Assembly: GCA_003599415.1 (NCBI GenBank)
Contig: QZKB01000012.1
Location: 2,041-66,040, forward strand
From: Ignavibacteriales bacterium
GTDB taxonomy: Bacteria; Bacteroidota; Ignavibacteria; Ignavibacteriales; SURF-24
Reading direction: 5' to 3'
Length of the DNA stretch: 64,000 nt
This document shows positions 26,681 to 36,315 of the stretch, piece by piece; positions within the stretch are counted from its first letter, which is position 1, and every line of letters starts with the position of its first letter. The translations under genes and the position numbers were made by a program. The notes beneath the pieces were generated by a model that was not told where the DNA came from, ran no database searches, and saw only the letters and a list, made by a program, of their open reading frames with translations.

Positions 26681-27826
26681 ATGTCATATCTTTTCACTTC
26701 AGAGTCGGTGTCAGAAGGACATCCGGATAAAGTTGCTGATCAAATATCAGACGGTGTTTTAGATGCAATTTATAAAACAGATCCTTATGCTCGTGTTGCA
26801 TGTGAGACTTTTGTTACAACCGGTTTGGTTTTAGTCGGTGGTGAAATTACTACTAAGGCTTATGTTGATATCCAGGACGTCGTAAGGAAAACTGTAAAGG
26901 AAATCGGTTATACTTCTGCAGACTATAAATTTGATGCTGAAAGCTGCTCGGTTCTTAATGCAATTCACTCCCAGTCTCCTGATATTGCTATGGGTGTTGA
27001 TAAAGGCGGCGCAGGCGACCAGGGTTTAATGTTTGGTTACGCTTGCGACCAGACTCCTGAACTTATGCCGATGCCTATTATGTATGCTCATAAACTTGTT
27101 GAAAGACTTTCTGAGATAAGAAAGAAAAATCTGAAGTTGATGCCGTATCTAAGACCTGATTCAAAATCCCAGGTTACAATTGAATACGATGATAATAATG
27201 TTCCGTTACGTGTAGATACAATTGTTATTTCAACACAACATGACGGCGATGCTAAACAAAAAAGAATTAAAGAAGACGTTATTAAACACGTAATTAAACC
27301 GGTCATTCCCGCAAAATATCTTGACAAGAAAACAAAATACTATGTTAACCCAACCGGCAGATTTGAAATTGGCGGACCACACGGAGACAGCGGATTAACA
27401 GGAAGAAAAATTATTGTTGATACATACGGCGGATGGGCTCCACACGGCGGTGGCGCTTTCTCAGGTAAAGATCCTTCTAAAGTTGACAGAAGCGCAGCTT
27501 ACGCTGCAAGACATATTGCTAAGAATGTTGTTGGCGCTAAATTGGCAAAAGAATGTATGGTTCAGATTGCTTATGCAATTGGTGTAGCTAAACCTGTTTC
27601 TGTTTATATCCACACAAACGGAACCGGCGTTGTTCCTGATAAAGAAATTTCTAAAATGATTATGAAAGAAGTTGACCTTACACCAAAAGGAATAATTACA
27701 AGATTAAAATTGCGCAGACCAATTTACCAGAAGACTGCCGCATACGGACATTTCGGAAGAAACGATAAAGACTTTACATGGGAAAAACTTGATCTCGTTC
27801 CATTGTTTAAGAAATCAATTAAATAA
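26681..27826 (+). CDS. metK: S-adenosylmethionine synthetase
   Basis: [29 protein letters not shown]...[16 protein letters not shown]. Confidence 0.97.
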   Translation: MSYLFTSESVSEGHPDKVADQISDGVLDAIYKTDPYARVACETFVTTGLVLVGGEITTKAYVDIQDVVRKTVKEIGYTSADYKFDAESCSVLNAIHSQSPDIAMGVDKGGAGDQGLMFGYACDQTPELMPMPIMYAHKLVERLSEIRKKNLKLMPYLRPDSKSQVTIEYDDNNVPLRVDTIVISTQHDGDAKQKRIKEDVIKHVIKPVIPAKYLDKKTKYYVNPTGRFEIGGPHGDSGLTGRKIIVDTYGGWAPHGGGAFSGKDPSKVDRSAAYAARHIAKNVVGAKLAKECMVQIAYAIGVAKPVSVYIHTNGTGVVPDKEISKMIMKEVDLTPKGIITRLKLRRPIYQKTAAYGHFGRNDKDFTWEKLDLVPLFKKSIK

Positions 27827-27855
27827 AAGAAATAAATTATTGGAGTAAATATAAA

Positions 27856-29133
27856 ATGGATTACAAACCAGGTAAATACAAAGTAAGAAACCTGAAACTT
27901 GCTGCCGAAGGCAGAATGAAGATTGAATGGGCTGAATCAAGAATGCCGGTTCTTATGGCGTTAAGAAAAAAATATGAAAAGACTAAACCTTTGAAAGGCT
28001 ATAAGATTGCAGGCTGTCTTCATGTTACAAAAGAAACTGCAGTCCTTATTGAAACACTTGCTGCCGCAGGTGCAAAGGTAAGCTGGAGCGGTTGCAATCC
28101 TCTTTCAACACAGGATGAGATTGCTGCAGCGTTGGCTAAAAACGGAATAGAGATTTATGCATGGCATGGCATGAACGTAAAAGAATTCTACTGGTGTATT
28201 GAAAGAACATTGGATATGAAACCAAATCTTACACTTGATGACGGCGCGGATTTGATTTTTACAGTTCATAATAAATATCCGAAACTTGCAGAAAATATTA
28301 TCGGCGGTACAGAAGAAACCACAACAGGTGTTCATCGTTTAAGAGCTATGGCTGCAGATAAGAAAATTCTTTACCCGGTTATTGCGGTTAATGATGCTGA
28401 AACCAAGTGGGATTTTGATAACGTTTACGGAACAGGCCAGTCATCAATAGATGGAATTCTCCGCGCTACTTCTGTTTTATTAGCAGGAAAGAATTTTGTT
28501 GTTGCCGGTTACGGTCATTGCGGTAAAGGTTGTGCAGAAAGAGCAAAAGGATTGGGCGCTAATGTTATTGTAACAGAAGTTAAACCAACCGCTGCTTTAA
28601 AAGCTACTCTTGAAGGTCATACAGTTTTACCAATGGATGAAGCAGCAAAGATAGGTGACATATTTATTACAGCTACCGGTGTAAAAGATGTTATTATTAA
28701 AAAACACTTTGCCAAAATGAAAGATGGTGCTATTGTTTGTAACACCGGCCATTACGATTGTGAAATTAATATTCCTGATCTTGAATCAGTATCAAAAGGT
28801 AAACGTACTATAAGACCAAACAATGAAGAGTACACTTTAAAGAACGGCAGAAAAGTCTATTTGCTTGCACAGGGCAGATTGGTAAACCTTGCTGCTGCGG
28901 AAGGCCATCCGAGTGAAGTAATGGATATGTCTTTTGCAAACCAGTTTATGAGCCAGCTTAGATTAGTCAATCTTGATAAGGACGGCGTTCTGCTTGATCC
29001 TGATGTCTATGATATTCCTGAAGAACAAGACCAGGAAATTGCCGGAGTTAAATTGCAAACCATGGGCTTTAATATTGATAAGCTTACAAAAGAGCAAGTT
29101 AAATATATGAGTGATTACTCAGCCGGAACATAA
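27856..29133 (+). CDS. ahcY: Adenosylhomocysteinase
   Basis: Typical SAHH sequence: GRMKIEWAE..MPVL, TKETAVLIETL, GYGHCGKG NAD loop, HPSEVMD.SFANQ. Confidence 0.97.
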   Translation: MDYKPGKYKVRNLKLAAEGRMKIEWAESRMPVLMALRKKYEKTKPLKGYKIAGCLHVTKETAVLIETLAAAGAKVSWSGCNPLSTQDEIAAALAKNGIEIYAWHGMNVKEFYWCIERTLDMKPNLTLDDGADLIFTVHNKYPKLAENIIGGTEETTTGVHRLRAMAADKKILYPVIAVNDAETKWDFDNVYGTGQSSIDGILRATSVLLAGKNFVVAGYGHCGKGCAERAKGLGANVIVTEVKPTAALKATLEGHTVLPMDEAAKIGDIFITATGVKDVIIKKHFAKMKDGAIVCNTGHYDCEINIPDLESVSKGKRTIRPNNEEYTLKNGRKVYLLAQGRLVNLAAAEGHPSEVMDMSFANQFMSQLRLVNLDKDGVLLDPDVYDIPEEQDQEIAGVKLQTMGFNIDKLTKEQVKYMSDYSAGT

Positions 29134-29156
29134 TTCGGTAATAAATTATTTTTTCA

Positions 29157-29181
29157 GGGCGGATTAATTCCGCCTTTTTTA
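29157..29181 (+). terminator. Rho-independent terminator after ahcY
   Basis: GGGCGGA-ttaat-TCCGCC stem followed by TTTTTT. Confidence 0.7.
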
Positions 29182-29311
29182 TTTCTTTGTTCTTATCTGA
29201 AATGAGCGCTCTGTAAAAATATTATTGTTTGTTTTATCTGTGAAAATCATAATAATCAGTGTCATCAGTGTTCTAATTACTCTCTTTATATTTCAATGAT
29301 AAGGAGGATTT

Positions 29312-29671
29312 ATGCCTAAACTAATTTCTTCTCCAACGCTTGTAAAAGCTGCCGGCAACAAACCTAAAATAATCGAAGAATTCTTCGGTCGTGTAAATAC
29401 TTCTACAAGTGATATTAGCATAGCTAAAATGACAAGCCCTGCCGGATGGATTGAACCGGGTCAAACTCCTGAATTTGATGAGTACACATTAGTGCTGAAA
29501 GGAGTTCTCAGAGTAACAAGCAAACAGGGTGTAACAGATGTAGTCCAGGGGCAGGCAATTCTTGTTAAGAAAGGTGAGTGGGTTCAGTATAGTACTCCTT
29601 ATGAAGAAGGTACGGAGTATATTGCAGTTTGCATGCCCGCATTTTCTCCTGAGACTGTACACAGGAATTAA
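29312..29671 (+). CDS. Cupin-fold small protein
   Basis: Size and beta-rich pattern (...EYTLVLKGVLRV...GQAILVKKGEWVQY...). Weak assignment. Confidence 0.5.
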   Translation: MPKLISSPTLVKAAGNKPKIIEEFFGRVNTSTSDISIAKMTSPAGWIEPGQTPEFDEYTLVLKGVLRVTSKQGVTDVVQGQAILVKKGEWVQYSTPYEEGTEYIAVCMPAFSPETVHRN

Positions 29672-29752
29672 ATTTATAATTAAAGTTGACTTATTGACTT
29701 TTCAATCTTTATATTCTTTCCGGAAAAAAAATATCATAAAAATGGATTTACC

Positions 29753-30613
29753 TTGAATAATGAACAGTCTGCAATACTGCTTTTATCCTGCCCGGACAGA
29801 GTGGGATTGGTTTCCCGCATTTCACATTTCATTTTTGAAAGAGGTGGAAATATTATTAATCTTGAAGAGCATGTCGATTCGGAAGAGAAAACATTTTCAA
29901 TTAGAGTTGAATGGGATTTAATAAATTTTTCACTTAAAGCTGATGAAATAGAAAATGCTTTGCTCCCACTTGCAAAAGAGTTTAAGGCTGACTGGCGATT
30001 AAATTTTACGATTAAAAAACTGAAGGTTGCAATATTCGTTTCCAAATATGATCACTGTTTACAGGAAATACTCTGGCGATATAGCCAGGGAGAATACCCG
30101 ATTGAAATCCCACTAATAATTTCAAATCATACTGATTTAAAACCATTAGCTGATCATTATAAAATTCCATTTCACGTTTTTCAGATTACAAAAGAGAACA
30201 AAGTTGAACAGGAACAAAAAGAAATAAAACTACTTGAGGATAATAGTATAGACACGATCGTTCTTGCCCGGTACATGCAGGTGCTTTCAAGCAATTTTGT
30301 CCATCAATACTCAAATAAAATAATTAATATCCATCACTCATTCTTACCGGCATTTGCAGGGAGCAATCCTTACAAGCAGGCTTATGACAGAGGTGTAAAA
30401 ATTATTGGCGCAACCAGCCATTATGTAACAGAGAAATTAGATGAAGGTCCTATCATTGAGCAGGATATAGTAAAAATATCACACAAGGATTCATTAAAAG
30501 ATCTTATGAGAAAAGGAAGAGATGTTGAAAGATTGGTCTTAGCGCGCGCTTTGCATTGCCACTCGGAACACCGCGTGTTGGTAAGAGGAAATAAGACTAT
30601 AATTTTTAGTTAA
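29753..30613 (+). CDS. purU: Formyltetrahydrofolate deformylase
   Basis: N-terminal ACT domain (LLLSCPDRVGLVSRISHFI) plus a formyl-transferase core (INIHHSFLPAF.G..PY.QA...GVK.IGAT.HYVT..LD.GPII.Q). TTG start. Confidence 0.9.
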   Translation: MNNEQSAILLLSCPDRVGLVSRISHFIFERGGNIINLEEHVDSEEKTFSIRVEWDLINFSLKADEIENALLPLAKEFKADWRLNFTIKKLKVAIFVSKYDHCLQEILWRYSQGEYPIEIPLIISNHTDLKPLADHYKIPFHVFQITKENKVEQEQKEIKLLEDNSIDTIVLARYMQVLSSNFVHQYSNKIINIHHSFLPAFAGSNPYKQAYDRGVKIIGATSHYVTEKLDEGPIIEQDIVKISHKDSLKDLMRKGRDVERLVLARALHCHSEHRVLVRGNKTIIFS

Positions 30614-30633
30614 ACGGGCAGGTAAAATATTAT

Positions 30634-31287
30634 ATGAAAACAGCGATTGTAATAGGAGCAACAGGATTGATTGGAAATCATCTTACTAAATTGCTTTTGG
30701 ATGATGAAAGGTATCAGACAGTAAAAGTTTTTGTAAGAAGAAGTCTTGGTTTGAATAATCCAAAGCTTGATGAGCAAATTGTTGATTTTGATAAGCTGAA
30801 TGATTGGAAAAACAAATTAACAGGTGACGAATTATTTTCCTGCCTTGGCACTACAATTAAAAAGGCGGGGAGCAAAGATGCTCAATATAAGATTGATTTT
30901 ACATATCAGTTTGAAACTGCAAAAGCTGCAGCAGAAAACGGAGTTAAAAATTATCTGCTGGTTTCCTCCACCGGCGCAAATTCAGGATCGGGAAATTTTT
31001 ATTTAAGAATAAAAGGTGAACTTGAAGAAAAAATTTCTCTGCTTCCATTTGATAAATTAAGAATATTCCAGCCATCTATTCTTGTTGGAGAAAGGGAGGA
31101 GAAACGTGCGGGAGAATCAGTTGGAATTGTACTTGGGAAAGTTTTAGCTTATTTGCCGTATCTTAAAAAGTACAAACCAATTGAAGGTAAAGCAGTTGCC
31201 CAGGCAATGATTAAGTCTGCTAATTCACATAGTATAAACAAGATTGAAAAATATAATCTTGATGAAGTTGCTAACATATTGAAGTAA
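30634..31287 (+). CDS. NAD(P)-binding Rossmann protein (atypical SDR, HTATIP2/YwnB-like)
   Basis: VIGATGLIGNHL glycine-rich loop at the N-terminus, about 217 aa. Confidence 0.65.
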   Translation: MKTAIVIGATGLIGNHLTKLLLDDERYQTVKVFVRRSLGLNNPKLDEQIVDFDKLNDWKNKLTGDELFSCLGTTIKKAGSKDAQYKIDFTYQFETAKAAAENGVKNYLLVSSTGANSGSGNFYLRIKGELEEKISLLPFDKLRIFQPSILVGEREEKRAGESVGIVLGKVLAYLPYLKKYKPIEGKAVAQAMIKSANSHSINKIEKYNLDEVANILK

Positions 31288-31356
31288 CTATTTTAATCGA
31301 AGATTATCCCGGCTGATAGAAATTAATCTCACTTCATCCGGGGCAAATTTATCAGC

Positions 31357-32397
31357 CTATGGCTGAGTCGAGGGAAACACACCGGCAATTTCTTTATTGC
31401 AATTAAAACACTTTCCGTCAATCATTTTATTCTTGTTAACGCTGTGCCAGTCACGTTCAATTAAAACTGATTTGCAGTTAGGGCAATAAGTCGTCTGTCC
31501 TTCTTTGTTATGAACATTGCCTACATAACAATATTTTATTCCCACGTTCATGGCAATATTTCTTGCCATTGTTAAAGTTGAAGAAGGTGTACGTGGTATA
31601 TCAGTCATTTTAAAATCGGGGTGAAATGCCGTAAAGTGAAGCGGAACCGAATCGCCAAGATTTTTTAATATCCAATCGCATTCAGCTTTAATTTCTTCCC
31701 GGGAATCGTTTTCACCGGGAATTAGTAAAGTTGTAATTTCAAACCAAACATTAGTTTCATTTTTTAACCACACTAAAGTATCAAGCACATCATTTATGTG
31801 AGAGAATGTAAGCTTGTGGTAGAATCTTTCCGAAAAAGCTTTAAGATCAACATTTGCTGCATCAATATATTTATAAACATCTTTCCGGGCTTCTTTATCG
31901 ATATAACCTGCTGTTACCATAACAGATTTAATTCCCTCTTCACGCGCAATTTTTGAAATATCAATAACATACTCACCGAATATTGTCGGATCATTGTAGG
32001 TGAAAGCAATGGATGGGGCATTATAACTTTTTGCAGTTGCTACAACTTCTTCCGGAGAAGCCTCAAACGAATTTAAATCATCTAATCTTGCCTTACTTGT
32101 TGACCAGTTCTGACAGAATTTACAACCAAGGTTGCAACCTGCTGTTCCGAAACTTAAAATTTTTGTACCAGGGTAAAAATGATTCAACGGTTTTTTTTCA
32201 ATCGGGTCTAAACCAAATCCTGTTGGTCTGCCGTATCCTAATGAATACAGCTTGTTGTTAATATTCTGCCTGATGAAACAAAATCCTGCCTGGCCTTCTC
32301 CTATTGTACAGTAGCGTGGACACAGAGTACAAAGTATTTTATTGTTTTCAACAGGTTTCCACCATTCAGCTAACTTTAGATTTTTATTATCAAACAT
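31357..32397 (-). CDS. AmmeMemoRadiSam system radical SAM enzyme (AmrS-like)
   Basis: N-terminal ...KILCTLCPRYCTIGEGQAGFCFIRQN, radical SAM CNLGCKFCQNW (CxxxCxxC), and a C-terminal CPNC...CFNC cluster. Confidence 0.8.
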   Translation of the reverse strand: MFDNKNLKLAEWWKPVENNKILCTLCPRYCTIGEGQAGFCFIRQNINNKLYSLGYGRPTGFGLDPIEKKPLNHFYPGTKILSFGTAGCNLGCKFCQNWSTSKARLDDLNSFEASPEEVVATAKSYNAPSIAFTYNDPTIFGEYVIDISKIAREEGIKSVMVTAGYIDKEARKDVYKYIDAANVDLKAFSERFYHKLTFSHINDVLDTLVWLKNETNVWFEITTLLIPGENDSREEIKAECDWILKNLGDSVPLHFTAFHPDFKMTDIPRTPSSTLTMARNIAMNVGIKYCYVGNVHNKEGQTTYCPNCKSVLIERDWHSVNKNKMIDGKCFNCNKEIAGVFPSTQP

Positions 32398-32468
32398 TCT
32401 ATCAAACCATTTTTGAATTCAGTGAAATAATAATCTATCTCAAATTCTTTGGCAATATAAAATTTCAG

Positions 32469-34937
32469 CTACTTGCTCTTCCTGGTTTCCTTATTGTTCT
32501 TTTTATTGTTTGAATTTGGTTTTGCCGGTTTACTTCTTTTATGAAGCAGTTTCAATTTCTTTTCTACAAGTCCGAAAACCGTATTTGCTTCGTAACTTCC
32601 ATTCTTCAATAATTTACCGGCTTTTATTCCTGTAAGCAATTCAATTGCTTCTTCAATTCTACTAATGGAATAAATATGGAATTCACCGTTTTCAACAGCT
32701 TCAACAACTTCATCTTTAAGCATAAGATTTTTTACATTTTGAATGGGAATAATTACACCTTGCTTTTTATTCAAACCTCTCGCCTTGCAAACATCAAAAA
32801 ATCCTTCAACCTTTTCATTAACGCCGCCAATCGGTTGAACGTCTCCTTTTTGATTTACAGAACCGGTAATTGCAAAGTACTGTCTAAGGGGAATGTCTGA
32901 AAGTGTGGAGACAAGCGCACATATTTCTGCGCAGGAAGCGCTGTCGCCGTCAATCATTCCGTAGCCCTGTTCAAAAACCACACTTGCGGTAAATGAAAGC
33001 GGGTTCTTTTGTCCAAATGTTTCCCTGAAATACCCTGTAATAATCAGCATTCCTTTGTTATGCGTGTTGCCGCTTAATCCCGCTTCGCGTTCAACGTTAA
33101 TAATATTTCCTGTTCCCAAAGAAACGCTTGCAGTTATTCTTGTTGGTTTACCGAAAGAATAGAAATCGTTTCCATAAATAGCAAGGCCGTTAACCTGGCC
33201 GATTCTTTCTTTGTCAGAATCAATCATTATATCATTATCAAGTATCATCTCGGAAACTTTGTTTTCATACAAACCATGTCTTTCCTTAGAATTATTATAA
33301 GCCTGGGATACATCGTAATCAGTTGCAATCTTATTGCCGTTATCTTTAGCCCAGAAGTTTGATTCTCTTAATAAGTCTGCGATGAAAGAAAATCTTGTTG
33401 TAAGCTTATTCTGATCATCTGCATAGCGGGAAGCATATTCAATTACTTTAGAGATTGCCTCCCTGTTAAACTCCATCAGCCCTTCGCTTTCGATTATTTT
33501 CTTTATTACCTGGATATACTGTTCAATTGTTTTGTTGCTGCGATTCATCTCGTAGTCAAAATCAGCTTTTATTTTGAAAATCTTCTTAAAGTCATCTTCA
33601 TAAGAGGCAAGGACAGAGTACAGGTAATTGCTGCCGATAAAAATTATTTTTGTGTTAATGTCTACAGGTTCCGGTTTTAACAGTACAGGTGAGAACTGGA
33701 AATAACTTACAAGATCCTGTATTTCAAGCTTGCCGTACATTAAAACTCTTTTCATGGATTTCCAAACGCCTGTTTCCTGGAATGCATCAAGCGCATTTAA
33801 AACCAGGTAACCTCCGTTAGCTTTTAATAACGAGCCCGCTTTTATCCTTGTGAAATCAGCATACCATCCGCCTTTACCATCGGAAAATTTTTCTATTGTG
33901 CCGAATATATTGTTATAGGTAGGAGTTGTTTCAATCACTATCGGGCACTCGTGTGTATTTGAATTATCTAAAATAATATTTACTTCGTATTCCTTGAAGT
34001 AATCAATTATAATTCCTTCTTCGGTCTGTTCTGTTTTAGGTTTTGTCCCTTTGAAAACATCGAGCGAGTTATAAATATTATTTTCAACCTGCGCAAGATA
34101 TTTATGAATTTTTTCATCCTGGTATTTTTCCATTAAGCTGCTTATTGCTGCCTTAACAATTACCTCAACATTTTCTTTTTCAAGGTTCTGTACTTTCTCC
34201 TGGTATTGCTGGCTTAACAGTATTCCTTTTTTGAAAATACTCTGAAGTTCTTCCTGGTACATTGCATACTTGTGAGTAATTTCGGCAGCTTTCTTCTTCT
34301 CTATTTTACCTAATCTTATCTGTTCTTCAAGTTGCTGAATAAATATTGGTTGATTATCAAGGACAAACAAAACTTCAGGTCTGAACGCTTCGCCCACTTT
34401 AACCTGCCCAAGTGAAAAACTTTCTTTCTTTAGCTTCTCTTCAAAATTAGACATCAGTTCATTTTCTTTACTGCTGAATTCTGTTATTATCTTTTTCCTT
34501 TGTTCCTTAAAGTGCTTTCCTTCCAATGCCTGCGGAATTTTTGACTGAAGATATTGAATGGTGGAATTGAAATCGTGTTTGAATTTCTGCGCTTCGCCGG
34601 CTTTGAATACTAAAAGTATCGGTTCGTTTTCATTATCAAAATTATTAACATATGCATAATCGTAAAGCTTTGGGCATTGGGGGCGGATAGCCTCAAGCAT
34701 TTTCTTAACTGTTGTTAGTTTTCCTGTGCCGGATAAACCTGTAATAAAAATATTATATCCGGCGCTCCATAATTCAACACCAACTTTTAATGCTTTAAGG
34801 GCGCGCTCCTGCCCTATAATTTCCTGGATTGAAGGAACGTTTGAAGTGGATTCAAATTTGAAAAAATCAGGATCAACTTTTAATTTTAAATCTGATGGTT
34901 TTAGCTGCGGGTGTTTAGGAGCTTTTAAGTAAGTCAT
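32469..34937 (-). CDS. Lon-related protease (AAA_32-like ATPase-type domain plus Lon_C S16 protease domain)
   Basis: P-loop-like ITGLSGTGKLT, a long helical insertion, and a Lon protease domain with ...DGDSASCAEICALVS (Ser) and downstream GGVNEKVEGFF (Lys). I prefer the ATG at 34937 over the TTG at 35027. Confidence 0.8.
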   Translation of the reverse strand: MTYLKAPKHPQLKPSDLKLKVDPDFFKFESTSNVPSIQEIIGQERALKALKVGVELWSAGYNIFITGLSGTGKLTTVKKMLEAIRPQCPKLYDYAYVNNFDNENEPILLVFKAGEAQKFKHDFNSTIQYLQSKIPQALEGKHFKEQRKKIITEFSSKENELMSNFEEKLKKESFSLGQVKVGEAFRPEVLFVLDNQPIFIQQLEEQIRLGKIEKKKAAEITHKYAMYQEELQSIFKKGILLSQQYQEKVQNLEKENVEVIVKAAISSLMEKYQDEKIHKYLAQVENNIYNSLDVFKGTKPKTEQTEEGIIIDYFKEYEVNIILDNSNTHECPIVIETTPTYNNIFGTIEKFSDGKGGWYADFTRIKAGSLLKANGGYLVLNALDAFQETGVWKSMKRVLMYGKLEIQDLVSYFQFSPVLLKPEPVDINTKIIFIGSNYLYSVLASYEDDFKKIFKIKADFDYEMNRSNKTIEQYIQVIKKIIESEGLMEFNREAISKVIEYASRYADDQNKLTTRFSFIADLLRESNFWAKDNGNKIATDYDVSQAYNNSKERHGLYENKVSEMILDNDIMIDSDKERIGQVNGLAIYGNDFYSFGKPTRITASVSLGTGNIINVEREAGLSGNTHNKGMLIITGYFRETFGQKNPLSFTASVVFEQGYGMIDGDSASCAEICALVSTLSDIPLRQYFAITGSVNQKGDVQPIGGVNEKVEGFFDVCKARGLNKKQGVIIPIQNVKNLMLKDEVVEAVENGEFHIYSISRIEEAIELLTGIKAGKLLKNGSYEANTVFGLVEKKLKLLHKRSKPAKPNSNNKKNNKETRKSK

Positions 34938-35146
34938 AATTTCAACCTTAGTTATTTTCAATAATGGTAGGTGTAAAATATGGAAAATAGGAAATAATAA
35001 ATAGCCTGTGTTTCTTACTGAAAGCAAAAATATTCTTCCTTAAATCCGACATAGAAAATAAAAAGAAACAGTTTAAAGAATAAAAAAGGGATTAACTATG
35101 AAGAAGAAAAATCACCGATGGGTGAAAAATAAAGCGATAGATTTTT

Positions 35147-35231
35147 AACTCACCCCTCTCAAATGGAACAACGATCATCCCCTCTCTTGGCAAGAGAGGG
35201 GAAAGCCTGCCATAGCAGGCTGGGGTGAGTT
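35147..35231 (+). other. GC-rich nested three-stem element (possible structured RNA or REP-like element)
   Basis: The outer stem is 35147-35156/35222-35231. Inner hairpins are CCCCTCTCT-tggca-AGAGAGGGG (35179-35201) and AGCCTGC-cata-GCAGGCT (35204-35221). A duplicate CCCCTCTC at 35153-35160 offers an alternative pairing. Confidence 0.7.
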
Positions 35232-35379
35232 CAACAGTCATAATAATATTTTCCTATTCTATATCGGAATTTAGAATTCTTTACTGTAAAACAATTCCCG
35301 GCGAATTTTTCTTTCAATATTTCATTTTTGAAAATATTTCGTAAATTAAGATGAAACATTAAAGGTATATGATAAACTT

Positions 35380-36237
35380 ATGAAAAAGACAATTGCTGGA
35401 ATTGTAATTCTGATAGCATTATTCATTTCAAATAATAGTTTTGCCCAGCTTGAATTACCAAGAATAAGCCAGAAAGCTTCCGTTATGCAACGTATTGGAC
35501 TGATGGATGTAACAATAAATTACAGCAGACCTAACGTAAAAGGAAGAATTATCTGGGGCGAGCTTGTTCCTTATAACAAAGTATGGCGCACCGGCGCAGA
35601 TGAGGCTACAACTATTTCTATAAGTGAAGATGTTACTTTGAATGGTAATAAAGTAACTGCGGGTAAGTATGCTCTTTTTACAATTCCCGGTAAGAATGAA
35701 TGGACAATAGTAATTAACAGCGTAGCTAAACAATGGGGCGCATTCAACTATGACAGCACGAAAGATATTGTGCGGATTAAAGTGAAACCTGTTGAGAACA
35801 GATTCCTTGAATCGCTTACTATTTACTTCTCCGATGTTACGACTAACTCGGCAGTAATTAATATTGTCTGGGAAAAACTCAAAGTGTCTTTTAATATTGA
35901 TACAGATACGCACGCCACAGTTTACAGAAATATTAAAACTGCAATAGCAGCAGCTAAACCGGATGATTGGGTTGTATATGCCGCATCATCCAATTATGCT
36001 GCTGATAATGATATACATATTGATGAAGCATTGGAATGGATAGATAAATCTATTTCAATAAAATCTACATACTATAATAATTTTGTTAAGGCAAGGCTGT
36101 TGTATAAAAAGGAAGAGTTTAAAGAAGCACAGGTTTATGTTAAGAAAAGTCGTGAGTTAGGTAAGAATGAAAAAGATTTTCAATCAATAATTCCGCAGAT
36201 AGAAAAATTAGAAGGTGACCTAAAAGCAAAAAAGTGA
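35380..36237 (+). CDS. DUF2911 domain protein with helical C-terminal extension, secreted
   Basis: Signal peptide. ...VTINYSRPNVKGRIIWGELVPYNKVWRTGADEATTISISEDVTLNGNKVTAGKYALFTIP... pattern. Confidence 0.6.
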   Translation: MKKTIAGIVILIALFISNNSFAQLELPRISQKASVMQRIGLMDVTINYSRPNVKGRIIWGELVPYNKVWRTGADEATTISISEDVTLNGNKVTAGKYALFTIPGKNEWTIVINSVAKQWGAFNYDSTKDIVRIKVKPVENRFLESLTIYFSDVTTNSAVINIVWEKLKVSFNIDTDTHATVYRNIKTAIAAAKPDDWVVYAASSNYAADNDIHIDEALEWIDKSISIKSTYYNNFVKARLLYKKEEFKEAQVYVKKSRELGKNEKDFQSIIPQIEKLEGDLKAKK

Positions 36238-36315
36238 GATGATTGATATTGTAAACTGATTTTTACTTTTATTCGGAAGACCATTTCGCTTACTTTAATT
36301 CTTTTAGAAACTCTA

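Noticed and set aside
29672-29752. A possible ZTP/THF-type riboswitch or operator upstream of purU (tandem ttgactta/ttgacttt at ~29685-29700).
   Set aside because: The region is AT-rich with no stable pseudoknot or helices. The tandem TTGAC boxes are more simply -35-like promoter sequence.
31300-31356. Inverted repeat GGCTGATA...TATCAGCC between the convergent NAD(P)-binding and AmrS genes as a terminator.
   Set aside because: The 8-bp stem encloses a ~32-nt loop with no flanking T/A runs. The overlapping CCCGG/CCGGG pairing is in the wrong order to extend it.
34938-35027. TTG-initiated 30-codon N-terminal extension of the Lon-like ORF.
   Set aside because: The extension is hydrophobic and low-complexity. 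The in-frame ATG at 34937 is preceded by aagg and begins the conserved region.
35147-35231. The 85-nt three-stem element as a tRNA or tRNA-like gene.
   Set aside because: The stem lengths and order do not fit a cloverleaf. There is no 7-bp acceptor stem plus D-arm, no GTTCRANYC T-loop and no GG D-loop. No other tRNA- or rRNA-like sequence was seen anywhere in the window.
35455-35913. Long antisense or alternate-frame ORFs inside well-supported genes. Examples are 35455-35913, 47424-47840, 46290-46628, 13459-13797, 36627-36987, 2852-3151, 10100-10345, 25575-25853, 1132-1335 and 3554-3808.
   Set aside because: Each lies entirely within a CDS that has strong family motifs. Their translations are low-complexity or Cys/Ser/Phe-rich with no recognisable motifs, which is typical of shadow ORFs.
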